From Klebsormidium nitens (taxonomy: Eukaryota > Plantae > Klebsormidiophyceae), in assembly GCA_000708835.1 (NCBI GenBank), contig DF236961.1, forward strand, positions 248,001-312,000: a stretch of 64,000 bases of DNA, in the 5' to 3' direction. The notes beneath the pieces were generated by a model. That model ran no database searches. It was not told the origin of the DNA and saw nothing but the letters and a program-made list of their open reading frames with translations. Each line of letters begins with the position of its first letter. Position 1 is the first letter of the stretch. Below are positions 1-13,656 of the stretch, in pieces. The position numbers and the translations under genes are program-made.

Positions 1-3000
1 AGATTATGACGCAGCACTTGCGGATGCCAACAAGACGGTGGAATTGAAGGGTGATTGGCCAAAGGTAAGATTTTTGGTCTTTACAATACACAAGTTCCTG
101 CAGATCTTGTCAATGTTGTGAATGAGATTGTAAGTTGTTTCTAAGTGTGAAGTCTATGAAATATGCTGGACTAGGTCCATTGATCCATTCACTTTGTTAC
201 AAAACTCAGAAAACACCACCATCCACCACTTAGACTTAGTATCCTGCCACCAAATCTCTGGGCACTAATGAGATCGCTGCTTATGTAGGTTGAGGTTAAG
301 AAAGCAGCACAACGTTTCAGCACAACCAAACTTGTTCAGTTTTATGTAATTCTTAGGTCCATCTCCAAGCACTACCTGTGGAAGTTTTCTGCGGCGACGA
401 TCCAAATGAAGCATGGAACAGACTGGAGTTCTTACGTAATGCTGCCAATTAGGAAAGCTTGAGCTCTGCTGAACCGAACAGCAAGTTAATAAGATTTCAA
501 CTTCACCAAATAAGCACAGTCCAAATCGATAGTCAAGTCGAATGGTGGTATAATGTGGTAATTGGTAATGGTGGCCCTAAACTTGCGCAGCTTCAAGGCG
601 CTGCAGGCCATTTATTGCAAGGCATTAGCATCCTGCCCATCTTTGAGTCTAAGGTGCTGGTGCTGCTTTGTAGAGCCGTTCTCTGGCCTCTTCGCACATT
701 GAGCCAATTGTGCAAGCCCTCCAATGCATGATCTCCTTGACATTGTCTTTCGTCAGACATTGATTGCAATCTCCTTGTGGTCACAGGGGTACAGCCGGCA
801 AGGCAGTGCATACATGGGACTGCAGAAGTACGATGAAGCGATCAAAGCGTTCGAGAATGGCCTCAAAGTGGACCCCAACAACGAGGTTCTAAAAGAAGGT
901 AATATGAGATATAGGCCAGAAAGCCGCGAGATCTACATGTAATTGCGAGTTGTGTAGGTGCAGGGCTCTCACCTTGCATCATTTATTGATGGTTTCCGAT
1001 TGGACTTGTGAATGCAGGATGACCAAGGGGGGAGCAAATATGTAGCGAAGAATCACAAGCAACTATGAAGCTACATGTCGTTCTGGCCGTATGATGTTCA
1101 AGAGCGGTCTCGCTGCCCTTCGTTGAGAAGCAGGCCATTTCATTCTGTGATCATCCTTCAAGCCTGGCTTTTACAAGTCATAAAGTATGCAGATCTTTCT
1201 TCGATGCTCCTGTGGTTCATCTCATGATCCGTGGAGGAACTGGTGCATGGACCTTTTTGATGAGAGACTGGAAAAAAGTCACTTTTGGTCTACCTATTTG
1301 AAACCCCGTTCCAGGTAGAAGTTGAGGCTGTGATTGAAGCAAGTGTAGCAGTCTAGCAGCGCGACGACTTGGCCCAACAGAGCTGACTTCCGATTTGATG
1401 TTTGCCAAGCTTATGTTTGTGTCACAAATTAGGTCAGCAGTCTTGCAGGCCTGGCGAATGTAAGGGAACGAGACGCCTCAATCAGGGTACCACTTTCCCT
1501 CCCCTTTGTTGGCAGTGGATTCGCCCAACCCTCAGGACTGGAAGATGCACAGAGCTCAATGCTTACTTCACTCTCAAGATCCGTTCTGAGCAAGGCCTGG
1601 GCGCTTTCGCAGGCCTCGAGGATGCACGGGATCAGAAGGATCAAGCCGAAGGGAAGGGCGGCATGTCCGGGCTCTTCTCCACCCCGGAAGCGCTCATGAA
1701 GCTCCACAGCGACCCCCGCACGCGCGCCTTCATGTCGCAGCCAGACTTCCTGCAGAAGCTGGCCGCGATCCAGAAAAATCCAGCGCTTTTCAACGTGTAT
1801 CTGCAACAGGTGAGCGTGAGCGTGACCTTTGCGCTTTGACGCAAGACATAACGCTGCGAGCAAGTGGGTCAACCCACTGCCAAAAGCGGAGGGTTTGAGG
1901 TTTGGAAGCATCTGAGTGCTATGTTGACGTGTCCTATTGGGTTGCTGGTGATTGCAATGAAAACCAGGGCTCTAGATCCATGGTGGATGATGTGGGCTCT
2001 CTTGACTCTCTTGTTGTTAAACTCAAGCCAAGATTGTTGAAAGTCGTAGCTCTTATCAAAAACATTTCGAAGCCCCAAGTAAGTGGTTTCATGATTTCGA
2101 TGAAGCTCCCCAGTGTGCGTTTCAGTAGTCCTCCAAGAATAATTTTGGAACCTTCCGGCACACCATTCATCTCAGAAGTGGATCCCTCAAATCAATCCAT
2201 CGCCCTAGATGGAAAGCGCTTGTCTCAAATGTCTTCAACGAGCGTATTCAGGAGTCTCCATTCGCTTATATTACGTGCCGCATATCCAGTCGAAGTTCCA
2301 AGCAAATGCTCCGTGATTCTTTCATGAGGCCCGCCAACGCTTTCATGTACAGGACAAGCGCATTGCTACTGCGCTGAGCGTTGTGCTTGGAGTCGACCTC
2401 CAGATGGCGAGCGACGACGATCTGGGACAGTCTGAACCGAGCCCCTCGAGGCGCCCCGAGTCGAAACCGGAGCGGAAAGCTGAGGAGAAGAAAGCGGAAC
2501 CGGAGCCGGAACCGGAACCAGAGGACGAGGACGCACGGGAAAAGAAGCGGCGGAAAGCGGAGGCTGTGAAAGCGAAGGAAGAGGGGAACGTGGCGTATAA
2601 GAAAAAGGACTTTGACGCGGCGATCGAGCAGTACACGAAAGCGATGGAACTAGACGAAGATGATATCGCGTACAGGACGAACCGCGCGGCGGTGTATCTA
2701 GAGATGGGCAAGGTGAGGCTGCAACCGCTCTTGATGAAGATGAACGGTACTCCCTTCGTCTGTGCTCCTGGTTGCCCCTGTGGTTCGACGGATTTAAGGA
2801 GCTGCTTTGTGTTGCCCACCAGAACAGCCTCAAGCCTTTTCGGTCACTTGAAAGCCACTCTTGTTAAACAATCAGATGCGGAAGCAGTAGCTCTCAGTGG
2901 TAACCTTTGAGGTAATTTGACCTTCGGTCAAGATCCAATCATAAAGATAGGCCACCCTGGCGGTGTGTTTACAGCCCTCGATTGGCTCGTCGTGATGCCA

Positions 3001-6000
3001 TCGTTGAAGAATGGCTTTTGGGTGAAAGGATGTAAGATATTTTTCGGTTCCTTGGTGTCTTGCAGTATGACGACGCCATCAAAGACTGCGATGCGGCGGT
3101 GGAAAAGGGGCGGGAGCTTCGGGCGGACTACAAGTCGATAGCAAAGGCGCTCACACGAAAGGGCACGGCGTATGTCAAGATGGCAAAGACGGCGAAAGTG
3201 AGTTCCTGCGCTTCGTATTGTCCGGGCCATGGCTGCTTCAGAGACATGGCGTCACTTTGGTCCCACTAGTGGTTGAAAAGGAAGGAGCTTGGTGCATTTG
3301 CATTTGTGACATGCTAGTCGATGTTGCAGAACGGCCGCCATGCGGCCACTCAATTCTCGAAAGCAGTGCACCGAGAAACCACCGGTACTTACCCACAGCG
3401 TGAGTACGCCCCTGCAGCGGCGTTAGCCTACGCGGTTTGTAAGCGACAACGTCCCTGAAGCGACGATGTCTTACACTCTCAGTACCTTTTGCAAGTGGAA
3501 GTACTGAGACGCTCTCCATTGAGTCCCAGTAACTTAGTCAAAGTCATTTCTCCCTCTACGACGGTCAGCTCATCTCAACACGTCAATTTTTCTCAGGATT
3601 ACGACCCCGCAATCGAGGCCTTCCAGAAGGCGCTGACGGAACACCGGAACCCGGACACGCTCAAGAAGCTGAACGATGCGGAGAAGGCCCAAAAGCAGAA
3701 GCAGCAGGAGGAGTACTTCAACCCGGAACTAGCTGAGGAGGAACGAGAAAAGGGTGAGCACTCTGGTGTCAAAGCTTTGAGCCTGTGACGCGATTAGGGG
3801 GTTGACACTGGACTCGTATGCTTGGGAGATCTGACTTTAGTCTGACCACGGCGAGGCCCAGAAGGAGCTCAAGCGTTAGCTCCTGTTGTTCATTCCTGAG
3901 TTGCGGGACGCTTTGGCTTCGTTTTGGGGCTTCTTACATCAGGGTGGAGGTTTGCCTTTTGTCGATGACCTTCATGGGGATGGACGGTGTCCAGAATGAG
4001 TCAAAGAAAAGGAGCGCCTACCGCGCCGGCTTCTCATCCGAGCAAGGGTTCGGCGGAACGGACTTACGGGAGTGCATAAACAATCTACAGTTTGTTGTCA
4101 TCCGTTTTCAAGCTAATTTTGGCGTCAAAGGCTGGAAGATCGAGTTTTCTGAGACCCTTGAATTTAGGCCTGAAGCTGGTAGGAATCTTGAATACCTGTT
4201 GCCTTACGTGAGGGTGACGTTGCTTTAGCACACTGGCTGGCAGCCATGGCAGGGTCTTACTCGGGTTTGCGGTCCAGCTTGGTTGGCCCTAGGAATTGTG
4301 GAAGCGTGATACTTTTCCACTTTCTGAGAGATCTCTTGTGTCATTTCTTGAGACAGCCAACAACTTGGCTGCTTCGCTTTCAAGTCTCCAAGGCCGTCCA
4401 CTTCGCCTCCATATCTGCCTTCGTCTGCTCTTTAATCTCTCGACCACAAAGACAAGCTGCGACAGCAAGTTCGGGCATGAGGGTGCGGAGTCGGTTTGTC
4501 CACGTTGGTCGCCGAGGCAGACGTGCTGCACTATTGAACGTGAGAGTGGATCAAGATCTGCAACTCCCATAAAAGCTCATTGCGCACGCAGGTAACGACG
4601 CGTTCAAGAAGATGGACTATCCCGAGGCCATCCGGCACTACACGGAAGCGCTGAAACGGAACCCGAACGACCACCGAGTAAGTCCACTTGCAGTCCGCGT
4701 CCTTTTCAATTGTTCGGCTGCTTCTTAAAATCCGTCGCTGGAGTCAGCCCCGAGCCAAATCTCTGAAAGGGTTTACTTTTTCCTAGTGGATTTGCAAACC
4801 GGTCCAGATGGCATCCGACTTAAAATTTTGGGAGACTTGCTTGGATTACTTGCTCAGAAGACTTTCAGAGGATGTGGCGTCTTGGTCGAGTGATGATATG
4901 TGCTGACCAGTCGCCTGCTTCAGTCGCTCGAGCCGCTTCAGATTGCCCTCTCGGGCTTTCCAATCTTGGTCAGTCTTCCTTCTTTTTGAGGGTGCTTGTT
5001 CTGCTTGTCCTGTTCGTAGGACAAAAGGGAGCCGTTGTTCCATATCGTCAGCGTAACTTTGTATTCGACAACGTCGAATCATTCCTGGCATCTTTAGGTT
5101 TTGAGCGTGCCACTTACCCTTTACCAGCTCCACCCCTGTTTACTTCTTCAATGTTGTTCTTGCTGGGAAGTTCGGGCTATCAAATCATCCGGGGCTTACC
5201 AAACAGTTGCTTGTGGAGAATAGCATGACCTTCTCCAAGGGACGCCCGCCGACACCACAGTGGCTGCATCAAAGCCAAACCTACCCTCTTTGTATTTCCG
5301 CAGATTCATAGCAACCGCGCGGCGTGCTACACGAAGCTCGCTCTGTACTGGCAGACATCCATTTGACAAGCCCCTCTCCCCTCTTGCAGACTTACACCCA
5401 CTGCAGAGCGTGCTGAATCAAGTTGCTCTCTTCTACCTCGCTTTATTGTTTTGGAGAAAGCGAGCTCTCTTTTTGACGGCTGGGGTTTGGATCTGGAGTA
5501 CAGGAGCGCTTCATTACTTTTCAAAAATATCTTTTCAACAAATCCGTATTCCCATCGCAGATCTACAGCAACCGCGCGGCGTGCTACACGAAGCTGGGCG
5601 CGATGCCGGAGGGCCTCAAGGACGCGGAGAAGACGATCGAGCTCGCGCCCGACTTCGTGCGCGGCTACGAGCGCAAGGGCAGCGTGCAGTTCTTCATGAA
5701 GAAGTATGAGGACGCGCTCGAGACGTACCAGCAGGGCCTCAAGATCGACCCCAACAACCAGGAGCTCCAAGATGGCATCCGCAGGTGGGCGCTTCGTGCC
5801 CGCTGACGTCAGCACGGCGTCTTGCTGACGTCACCTCGGTTTTCGCCTGCCACCCATGTCTTCCCGCCGTTGTAACCCGTTGTGAAATATCCGAAGTATA
5901 TATTCGAGTATCGGAAGAGATGACGAACCTGCAACAGGCGGCTTCCTGCTGTGCCCTGAGAGGTGGGGTACTTGGTCTGGTGATCATCATTCCCGTCTTG

Positions 6001-6613
6001 CTAGGCCGTGTGGTTCGGTGGCTATTCCCGGCCTATGAGTGACCTTCTTGCTTCGCTTTCAGGTGTATCCAGCAGCAGCGGCGGGCAGCCACGGGGCAGC
6101 TCAGCGAAGAGGAGCTCAAGGAGCGGCAGGCGCGGGCGTCGCAAGACCCCGAGATTGCCGGCATCCTCCGGGACCCGATCATGCAAAACGTGAGCCACGA
6201 AGCTCGTTGCCCTATTAGAAGGTCTAACCGAGCGCTAACGACCTGAAAGTTTGGAAAAGTCTGTCATTGGGACCGGCTGACATCTGGGAATAACGTTTGT
6301 GCCCACTTGCTAGAATCCCCTTTCTGTCCGCCCTTGGTGGAAGAAATGGCCTACTGATCTGTTGAAGGCAACGTATTGGAAATCTCGAGATGTCTTTCAT
6401 TTTTTAGCATGTTGTCGACATCTGCTCTCGGCAATGACTGGGGAAGTCGATTTTATCAAACGTCTGTAGTGCTGAAAGCTGGTTTCACTCGTCATGCAGG
6501 TTCTGCGAGAAATGTCAGAGAATCCAAGGGCGGCAGCAGACCACCAAAAGAATCCCATAGTATGGAACAAGGTCATGAAGCTGATCCAGGCGGGCATTGT
6601 TCAAGTTCAGTAG
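1..6613 (+). CDS. HOP: Hsp70-Hsp90 organizing protein (HOP/STI1), 5' end outside window
   Basis: Exons <1-64, 787-898, 1613-1809, 2353-2712, 3066-3197, 3597-3753, 4592-4677, 5561-5784, 6063-6189, 6500-6613 join in phase via GT-AG. TPR1 end ([27 protein letters not shown]), DP1, EPEPEP linker, TPR2A ([13 protein letters not shown]...[10 protein letters not shown]), TPR2B ([23 protein letters not shown]), DP2 ([17 protein letters not shown]...[10 protein letters not shown]). Confidence 0.97.
5285..5366 (+). repeat. Intronic partial duplicate of the HOP exon 5561 acceptor junction
   Basis: CGCAG|ATTCATAGCAACCGCGCGGCGTGCTACACGAAGCT (pseudo-exon start 5304) vs CGCAG|ATCTACAGCAACCGCGCGGCGTGCTACACGAAGCT (5561); in-frame TGA at 5364-5366. 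Confidence 0.93.
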
Positions 6614-7880
6614 GACAGGACATGGTGAACCAGCGAGTGTAGAAAGGAGATAGTCAGCTTTTATCCACGTCAATGTGAGCAGATCCAGATGGCCAGCTTT
6701 GACTGACAAAGATCCAACAAAGCGCCTACTGGTCTGTGGAAAACCAGGACGCACTCGGACATCCTTGCGCTTGGTACAGATTGTGAGGACTGTGCAGCAG
6801 CGACCCTGGTCGACTGCAGAACAATATGTAGGGTAGCTGGCCGTTTGGAAAGATACTCTACAGTGTCCAGCATTCAGTGTCTCAGTGATGTGTGCAAGCT
6901 CTTCAGTGTGCCAGGATGCCAAATGCTAGAGAATGCAAGAAGTGCAGAACGGAATATTGATGCATTCAAGTCCAACCACAAACCCTTAAAGCTGAAGAAA
7001 AGTTGCTCTGCGCAGGAGAGCTAGTTTGAACACACCGTTTAAGCAAGCCTGTGCTTGGGCCATGTGCTGGAGTGCCTCTATTATATTGATCGAATGGCCC
7101 ATGTGGCGCCGCGCGCTACGGCTTGAAAAGAACATGTCCGGACGCAGGGCCCTGCTCGATTCCATGCATGACCGTTACAATGACGTGAGCAGGACGGGGT
7201 GCTGAGTCGTGCGGCAGATTTGCAAGCGGCGCCGCCGCGGTGGCCAGAGCTTCGAATCTTCAGGCGGCCCGGCCATGCGGGGCCTCCATATGCGCTGCCC
7301 ATGCGGATGTATCACGCCGGGTGTTCATAAAAGATCGAGTTTTTAGGGGCCTATAGATCGTGTGGAATGGTAGGCAAAAAGTAGTCGATCACAGATTTTA
7401 ACGATGTCCTAATCTGCAGATCGGAATCATGCCGCTTTTCATGTACGGCTCTGAACGCGGTGTGCCATGTACGGCTCTCACGCGGTTCCTTCGCATGGTA
7501 GCACGAGCTATCAGTGCCTAGAGCTCTACCTTCGATAATATATTTCACCTGATGCAAAGTCACTTTTCGAGCCAACTCAGTCAACTTGAACACGACAATA
7601 TGCAGTATAAGTAAAATGCTTGCCCATCATGCAAGATACTGGTACGCTTGGAATGACATTAGAAGTAAAACTCAACCTCTCACGGGAGATGTGCTGGCAC
7701 GTACTCGTACATTCTCGATGGGCTCTTTCTCTAACGCTCACTCCTTCCTGCCCAGGTAATCTAACACATCCTTCAAACACAGTGCAAGCACCCTGCGCAC
7801 CTAGCTACTTTCTAGTGCCAAGTCAGCGCACCCCATCGGAACCCGCATTGACCACCTGAGCTTCGACTTTACGTGTGATT

Positions 7881-9642
7881 CTACCTTCTTTTGCTCCCCT
7901 TTCCACCCTTCTTATCTGGAACAAGGAGCAGGCCGATAAAACCTGCGATGGCCGTAACTATGACCACGAAAGGACCATACTTGAAGACAAGTTCCTTGAT
8001 CTTGGCAAACTCCTGGCCAGGCTCTGTTGGGCGAAGCACGTCAATCGGGTAGGGAGGGCTGGACAAGACCGTCTGCATAAGAGTAGAGTCGCTTATTAGC
8101 AGACGGTTCGAGATCAAAAGGTGACAGCAATAGAAAGGATAGTCGAATCTACTTGTCGCACAAACAACAAGGATCGCAGGCAACATGTCCACTTGCAGTT
8201 GGAAAATTCATAATCAAGTGTGCAGCTCGCACTGTCTGTTCATCCAAGCAACCAAAGCTTGACAGGTTGTAAAGGGACCACCCGTGTTCTAACTTTGAAG
8301 GGGAACCAATTCCAGCTGCCATTGTGGAGAAACAGCTGACGAGCATCCATAGGCCAAGACTTGTGAGACGTTTCCATTTGCTTTGGTATGACCTTAAATC
8401 CGTACCACCGTGTTTACAGTAAGCAGAGGACTTGATACTATTTGCAAAATTTGGCAAGACCAACTTAGAGCGCCCAGTGCGAAATGCTGCATCACCGACG
8501 GCAGGCAGCTATAAGAATTAACTCGTTAGCCTGAATGTGGCCATGTCCCTCTACTCTGTCCCCAGCTTTCCCTCTGCATAGTTCACGAGTGATTTGAAAA
8601 GCACGAAGGGCAGAAAATGTATGACTAACCTGGGGGGTTGGCTTCGAGGAGTCCCTGAAGGTGACCTTGGCGGCGGGTGGCTCAAACATGCCTGGCGTCG
8701 AGGTTGTCACCACGTACGAGGTGGACACGCTGCCCTGAGGAACCAGCTTCTCCCAGGAGCCTGTCCCGTTGCCTTTCTTGAAAGAGAACTTGGCCTCGGG
8801 CCAGGTCTCATCGTCGAGCGTGACATCATAAGCAGAGCCGCCACCTGCGTGTATTAGCAAATCGTATGCTGATGCAGCTTTGGATCCCTGCCTCATCCAG
8901 GCGTTGCTTTGATGAACAGGAGGTAGCTCTTCCTACACTGCAGGAATTTCTCAACTATCCAACTTTAGCAGGGCCTCAGCTCTGAATGCCAGCTTGCAGT
9001 GGCTTTAGTATTGCAAGCAACCAGCGGAAATAGGACTGAACACTGTGGAAGTAATCTGTCCCTATATAAGCAGGTGAGCCTCTGGTGAGCGGCAAGTCCT
9101 TCTGAGAACCTTAAGTACGGGTGGTGTCCTTGACCAGCAGTGTTGAAGCACAATCCAGTCCTAAGGACCGGTTGCCACGAAAAAGCAATCCACTCTGCGA
9201 GTAGACTAGAGCTGCATTTTGTTGTCTTGCTGCAGAAGCAACAACTTCCATCTGGAAGCCACTGCGGATGGAACTTCCGAAAGTATAGATTCATCCTTGG
9301 CGGTAGCGATCCAATGTCAGAAGCAGCTTGAGACGATCCCATCAAAAGGTGGCACGTCATGCGCCATGATTAGGATGAGAAATACCACCAAGAGACAATC
9401 TGCCAGTCGGTGCAGGATCCATGGCTTCGATTCATACAGTCTTCTGACTAATGGAGTCAGACCTTACCTGCGTTGTAGATGCCTATTGACACTGTGATAT
9501 CCTCCGCATCCTTCACCCGCTTCACATTCTCGATCTTTTTGTGCACAACCAGGAACGGTTCATCCGCAGCCAAAATCGGTTGCGCAATCAGCACCAGCAA
9601 CACCGCCACCGTGCAACCCAGCTTGAAGCCCCTGAAGACCAT
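7881..9642 (-). CDS. SSR2: Translocon-associated protein subunit beta (TRAP-beta), 193 aa
   Basis: Exons 9642-9468, 8844-8630, 8072-7881 in phase. Signal peptide, then FLVVHKK...ITVSIGIYNAGGGSAYDVTLDD, NGT sequon, C-terminal TM helix (YGPFVVIVTAIAGFIGLLLV) and basic tail KKGGKGSKRR. Confidence 0.93.
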
Positions 9643-10392
9643 GCTGCCTGCCTCTGATCCTAACCAGGCTTCAGAATCCTAATCTGAAAAGGCGCCTGCT
9701 CCTCCTAGCCCCCTCCACTGCCAGAGTCCAATTGAGTGATATCAACAGAGCAGAGCTGAGTTTCAACGTACTTGTTTGCTCAACTGCCGGGTTTAGAATT
9801 TGGTTAGATCGGCATGACGGTTGACCACTTGCTAACGAGTTTCTTGACGAGGCTCGACCAGAGTGTTTCGTTTGACTGTCCCTTTAACAATCAAAGATCC
9901 GTGAAGGTTTCGCACCCCTGTGACTAACCTAGCTAGGCTCTAAACCCTTCTGGATTCGAAAATACTTGTAATTTTAAACCCGTGTCCGACCCACTCAAAC
10001 GTACTGTCCCAGTACTAGTACCTAGCTGGCTCCTCAGTGGACTCGTGCTTCTTGCCAGTTGCTGCTGCATTCAAATTGGCAGTAAGGTAATTGGCAGTTC
10101 CGTGTAGAAGACGCAGCTCTGCAACACGTCTTCAACTTCACGTCCAAGTCTGCTGACTTCCTTGCTGAAAGAGCTGTGCACAAGCCGCATGTGCTTCTCA
10201 TCTTTCAGCTAATCTGATTCTTCCGCAATTGCCCGGTTCTGTGTAGTTCTAACCAACAGAAAACTCTGGCCCTTCCAAATCGGGTGCCGTTGAAAGATTG
10301 TGACGCAACTCTAGAATGAAGAGTTCATAGCGCCTGCTTTCAGGATAGTGTTTTCACGAAGTTGATCAAAAGTTGAATTGTGCAAAGCAGAG

Positions 10393-12822
10393 ATGTTTTC
10401 TGCGATGGCTAGGGCAACGTCGAGTGGGTCGCTTCTTTCGTGGCCCGCTCGCATCCAGACAGAATCCACCACTATCAGACAGAACAGCTGTCAGGCTACC
10501 AGTATCCCAGTTAACCACCTGAAAGCCGCATGTGCCAGCCAGTCCACTGGACACAAGCATCGATTCCTTACCTTGTCGTCAGCTTTTGCGGCAGTACCTA
10601 GTGGCAGAGGAACCTTGTGGGCCTCTTGCAGACCAGGGTGTCTGAGACTTAGAGGAAGGCGGCGAGCGGTGCAAGCCGATGCGAAGATGTTCGTACCAGG
10701 TATGGTGCTTGATTGTGGCTGAATGGTTTGAGTACCAGGAAGCAATGCTGTGAGTGAAAACGCGTCCTGTGCTCCACCTGAGGTTGCTTGTTGTTTGCAA
10801 GTCGTCCTTTGATGGTGAGTGTGCCTTATGTTTGCAATCTCACAGAGTTGGCTTGAAATTTTGGCTCAAGGATCACCGGCTGTCGTAGGTTCAGGAAAAC
10901 TTTGAGGAGTAACAAGTTAAACAGCTGGCCTCACAATTTTCCGCATGCTTGCAATCCCCCTGGACAACTATGTCGTGCCCCTTGCTTCAGACTCCATGCT
11001 GCTCTTGGATCAAACTGCTTTTAGGGGCCAGCTCATACCTGTATCTAGGTTTGCAGGAACTTTGCTAGAGGCAACTGCGGTGTAGATCCTGCTTGCTCGC
11101 ATGTTGGCCGGCAAAGCTGCGACAAACCGTTGCTCAAAGGATGCGAAAGAACCTGATCATCCCCTTCCTGCAGGGTTTGGAGAGAAGTCACCTGAAGCCA
11201 AGGCAGCCGACTCGCTTCACAACTTCTTCACGTTCACAGCGCTCAAAATCGTGTTGTCCCAGCTGCAGAGTTACAACCCGGATGCCTATAAGGTATGGAC
11301 ATTCCTGACCAGTCTTGCTGAATTTCCATGTTAGGAACGGGGGTGTGCCGGCGGCTGAACCTGACAAGGCATCTTTGTGGTTGTACATCAGCAGACTGCA
11401 ATTCCAAGACTCTTCTGGCACAGGGATACTTACGATGCATGGATTCCCATTCTGCCATCCTTACAGTTGCTCAATTCCGAGTTCTTGTATTGTGCATACC
11501 GACCAGCTTTGAAGTTAGTGATCCAGCAACAGTCAAATATCACTTTCCGCAGGAAGTCGCCGATGAAGAGGGTGGTTGGTTTATGCATTGTGTCACAAAA
11601 GCACCTCTGCTCAAAACTCTGTACCGTGTACTTTTTCAGGATCTGATGGAGTTCGCTCAAAAGTCGCCCTTGAAAGATGGTGACGAGTTTGTCCACCAAC
11701 TGATGCGGGTGTCTCCCCAGCACAAAACGCTGGCCATGCGGATCTTGGAGGTAAGGATCCGTTCGTTTCTTGTTTAATTGTCTATGAAAGGCAGGTCTGG
11801 TCCAAAGTAGCACCTAAAAAGTATGGTTGCATGGGCTGTTTCAAATTCCTTATCAACAATTTCGTTCGTCCAGTAATAGTCGGCTTTACATTTCGTATGT
11901 GAATGCATTCAAGGTCTTATAGAGGTCCACTTCCTTTGGAGGGGGGCTTGGATTCGTTGTTTCCTTTGGAAGCGTTTACAGCTTGCTTCATAGATTGGGG
12001 GCAAAGTGTTTTCAAGAAAAGGAGAAACAGACGTTTCCCAGGACTTTTCTGTACTGACTCTCTGTCGACAGCAGACGATATTCATAGACCTGGTCAGAGG
12101 AGTTTGATTCTCGTTAGATCCTCGTGAAGAAGCATGTAGCACGTGACGCTTTGTAGGCCTTCGATGCTTTGAGGCCATGGAAAGGTGCGTGCAATCGATG
12201 TGGCAAGTTCGTGGAGAATCGGACAGGAAGAGGACTTCAAAGAGTTCTCTTGGCACTTGCTTGTGGTTGTCGGCTTTGCAGCGCTTGTAAGACCTTTGAG
12301 CCAATTAAAATTCACGACATCACCCTCGATTGCCTTCAGTGATCTCTCTCGACAGTACCTTAAGAGACTTTGACAACTCTTGATAAAAGGAGGCCGTGAA
12401 CAACGAGAAAATAAACCAAGTCGAGTGATTTCCTTCTCTGAAGCGGTCTGCCGATGTGCTAAGGCCTCATTGCCTTCTCAGGTCCGGTCAGCTTATGCAT
12501 CGGAGGATTTCGAGTGGGACAACGTTCAGAAACTTTCCAAGAAGGTGAGGATGCCTGCTGCCCTAGACAGAAGCGTAAGCATTGGAGTAAATGAAAGCCT
12601 GTCCACGGATGTGCATTTCTGGTGTCTGTTGGAGCTGTTGTCCGACTTGGATTCATGAGCCGGCTTATCGGATGATGTGAGGAGAGATTGGGCAAGTCAA
12701 TTGTTGATTGATTACCCGCAATGAGTGACTGTAACGTTCTTGCTGCTTCTCTGCAGCGCATGGAAGAATCGAACACCAAGGTGTTGAGGGAGTTTTTGCA
12801 ACAGAGTAGTGGGATGAGTTGA
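10393..12822 (+). CDS. RBCX1: Plastid Rubisco assembly chaperone RbcX (RbcX1 type), 221 aa with transit peptide
   Basis: Exons 10393-10699, 11174-11292, 11640-11750, 12482-12544, 12757-12822 in phase. Ser/Ala/Arg-rich N-terminus, then MFVPGFGEKSPEAKAA, LHNFFTFTALKIVLSQLQSYNP, DGDEF, LAMRILEVRSAYASEDFEWD, NTKVLREFL, typical of the plant RbcX1 clade. Confidence 0.93.
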
Positions 12823-13276
12823 GTTCGGATTGCAGGCAAGAGCGTTGTCGTGGGTGGGGTTGTGACGTTTGTCATTATGATTGGAGGTGATGTTGTTGCC
12901 ATTGTAACAAGGATAGATGGTTAGACTCGCAAGCTGAACATACTGGACATAACCAATTCATCCAGCTAGGATAGACGCGGTTGCACCATTCATTGAGATG
13001 ACGTGAACTTTTTGTGGTGGTCAGCTTAACACTTTGCTATCTGCACAAGCCGCAACGTGGGGAGATCAGCTTTAGACTGGGGGCTGCTTGTCTCTTGTAC
13101 AGAGCTCAAATAGAACTAGCACTGCAGCTCATGAAACACGCATGCTCGTCTTGGAACGCTACGATCAGTGAGTCTAGATGCAATTGCGCGATTCTGCCTC
13201 GGCGGTAAGGTAGAGGGTATCAATCACCACACATTAATGGCGACCTAAACTAATGATGAGATGGGAAGAATAAATC

Positions 13277-13495
13277 ATTTCTGCAACACTCCGATAACTC
13301 TCGTGTGACCTAAGAGCTGTGTGACCTAAGATAGGCACCCGAGGGACGGGTGGGGTTGGTATGGTGGTTAGGGTGGGTTGGGGTGCGGAGCGGGTGATTA
13401 TTCGGGTTAGGTTTTTAGTTTGAAGTGCCCGGGTAGCTCGTATCTTAAGTCACACGCCCGTTAGGTCACACAAGAGTTACCGGTATTTCTGCAAC
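13277..13495. mobile_element. MITE-like element: ~43-bp imperfect inverted arms around a G-rich core, flanked by an 11-bp direct repeat
   Basis: Left arm 13291-13333 CCGATAACTCTCGTGTGACCTAAGAGCTGTGTGACCTAAGATA; right arm 13441-13483 reverse complement CCGGTAACTCTTGTGTGACCTAACGGGCGTGTGACTTAAGATA. ATTTCTGCAAC at 13277-13287 and 13485-13495. No ORF. Confidence 0.65.
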
Positions 13496-13656
13496 CACTT
13501 GTACATAGAGAATATGTTGCATTGAAGGCTTGCTGCACTAGAGCTGTACTTTGAAGTTTGCACGGAGCTTTTGTTACATGGCAATTTACTTAGAATCCGG
13601 TAAAGCGGCTGCTGCTGCCACGCGACCGCGCGCGCGCCAGCGGTTTCGATCTACCA

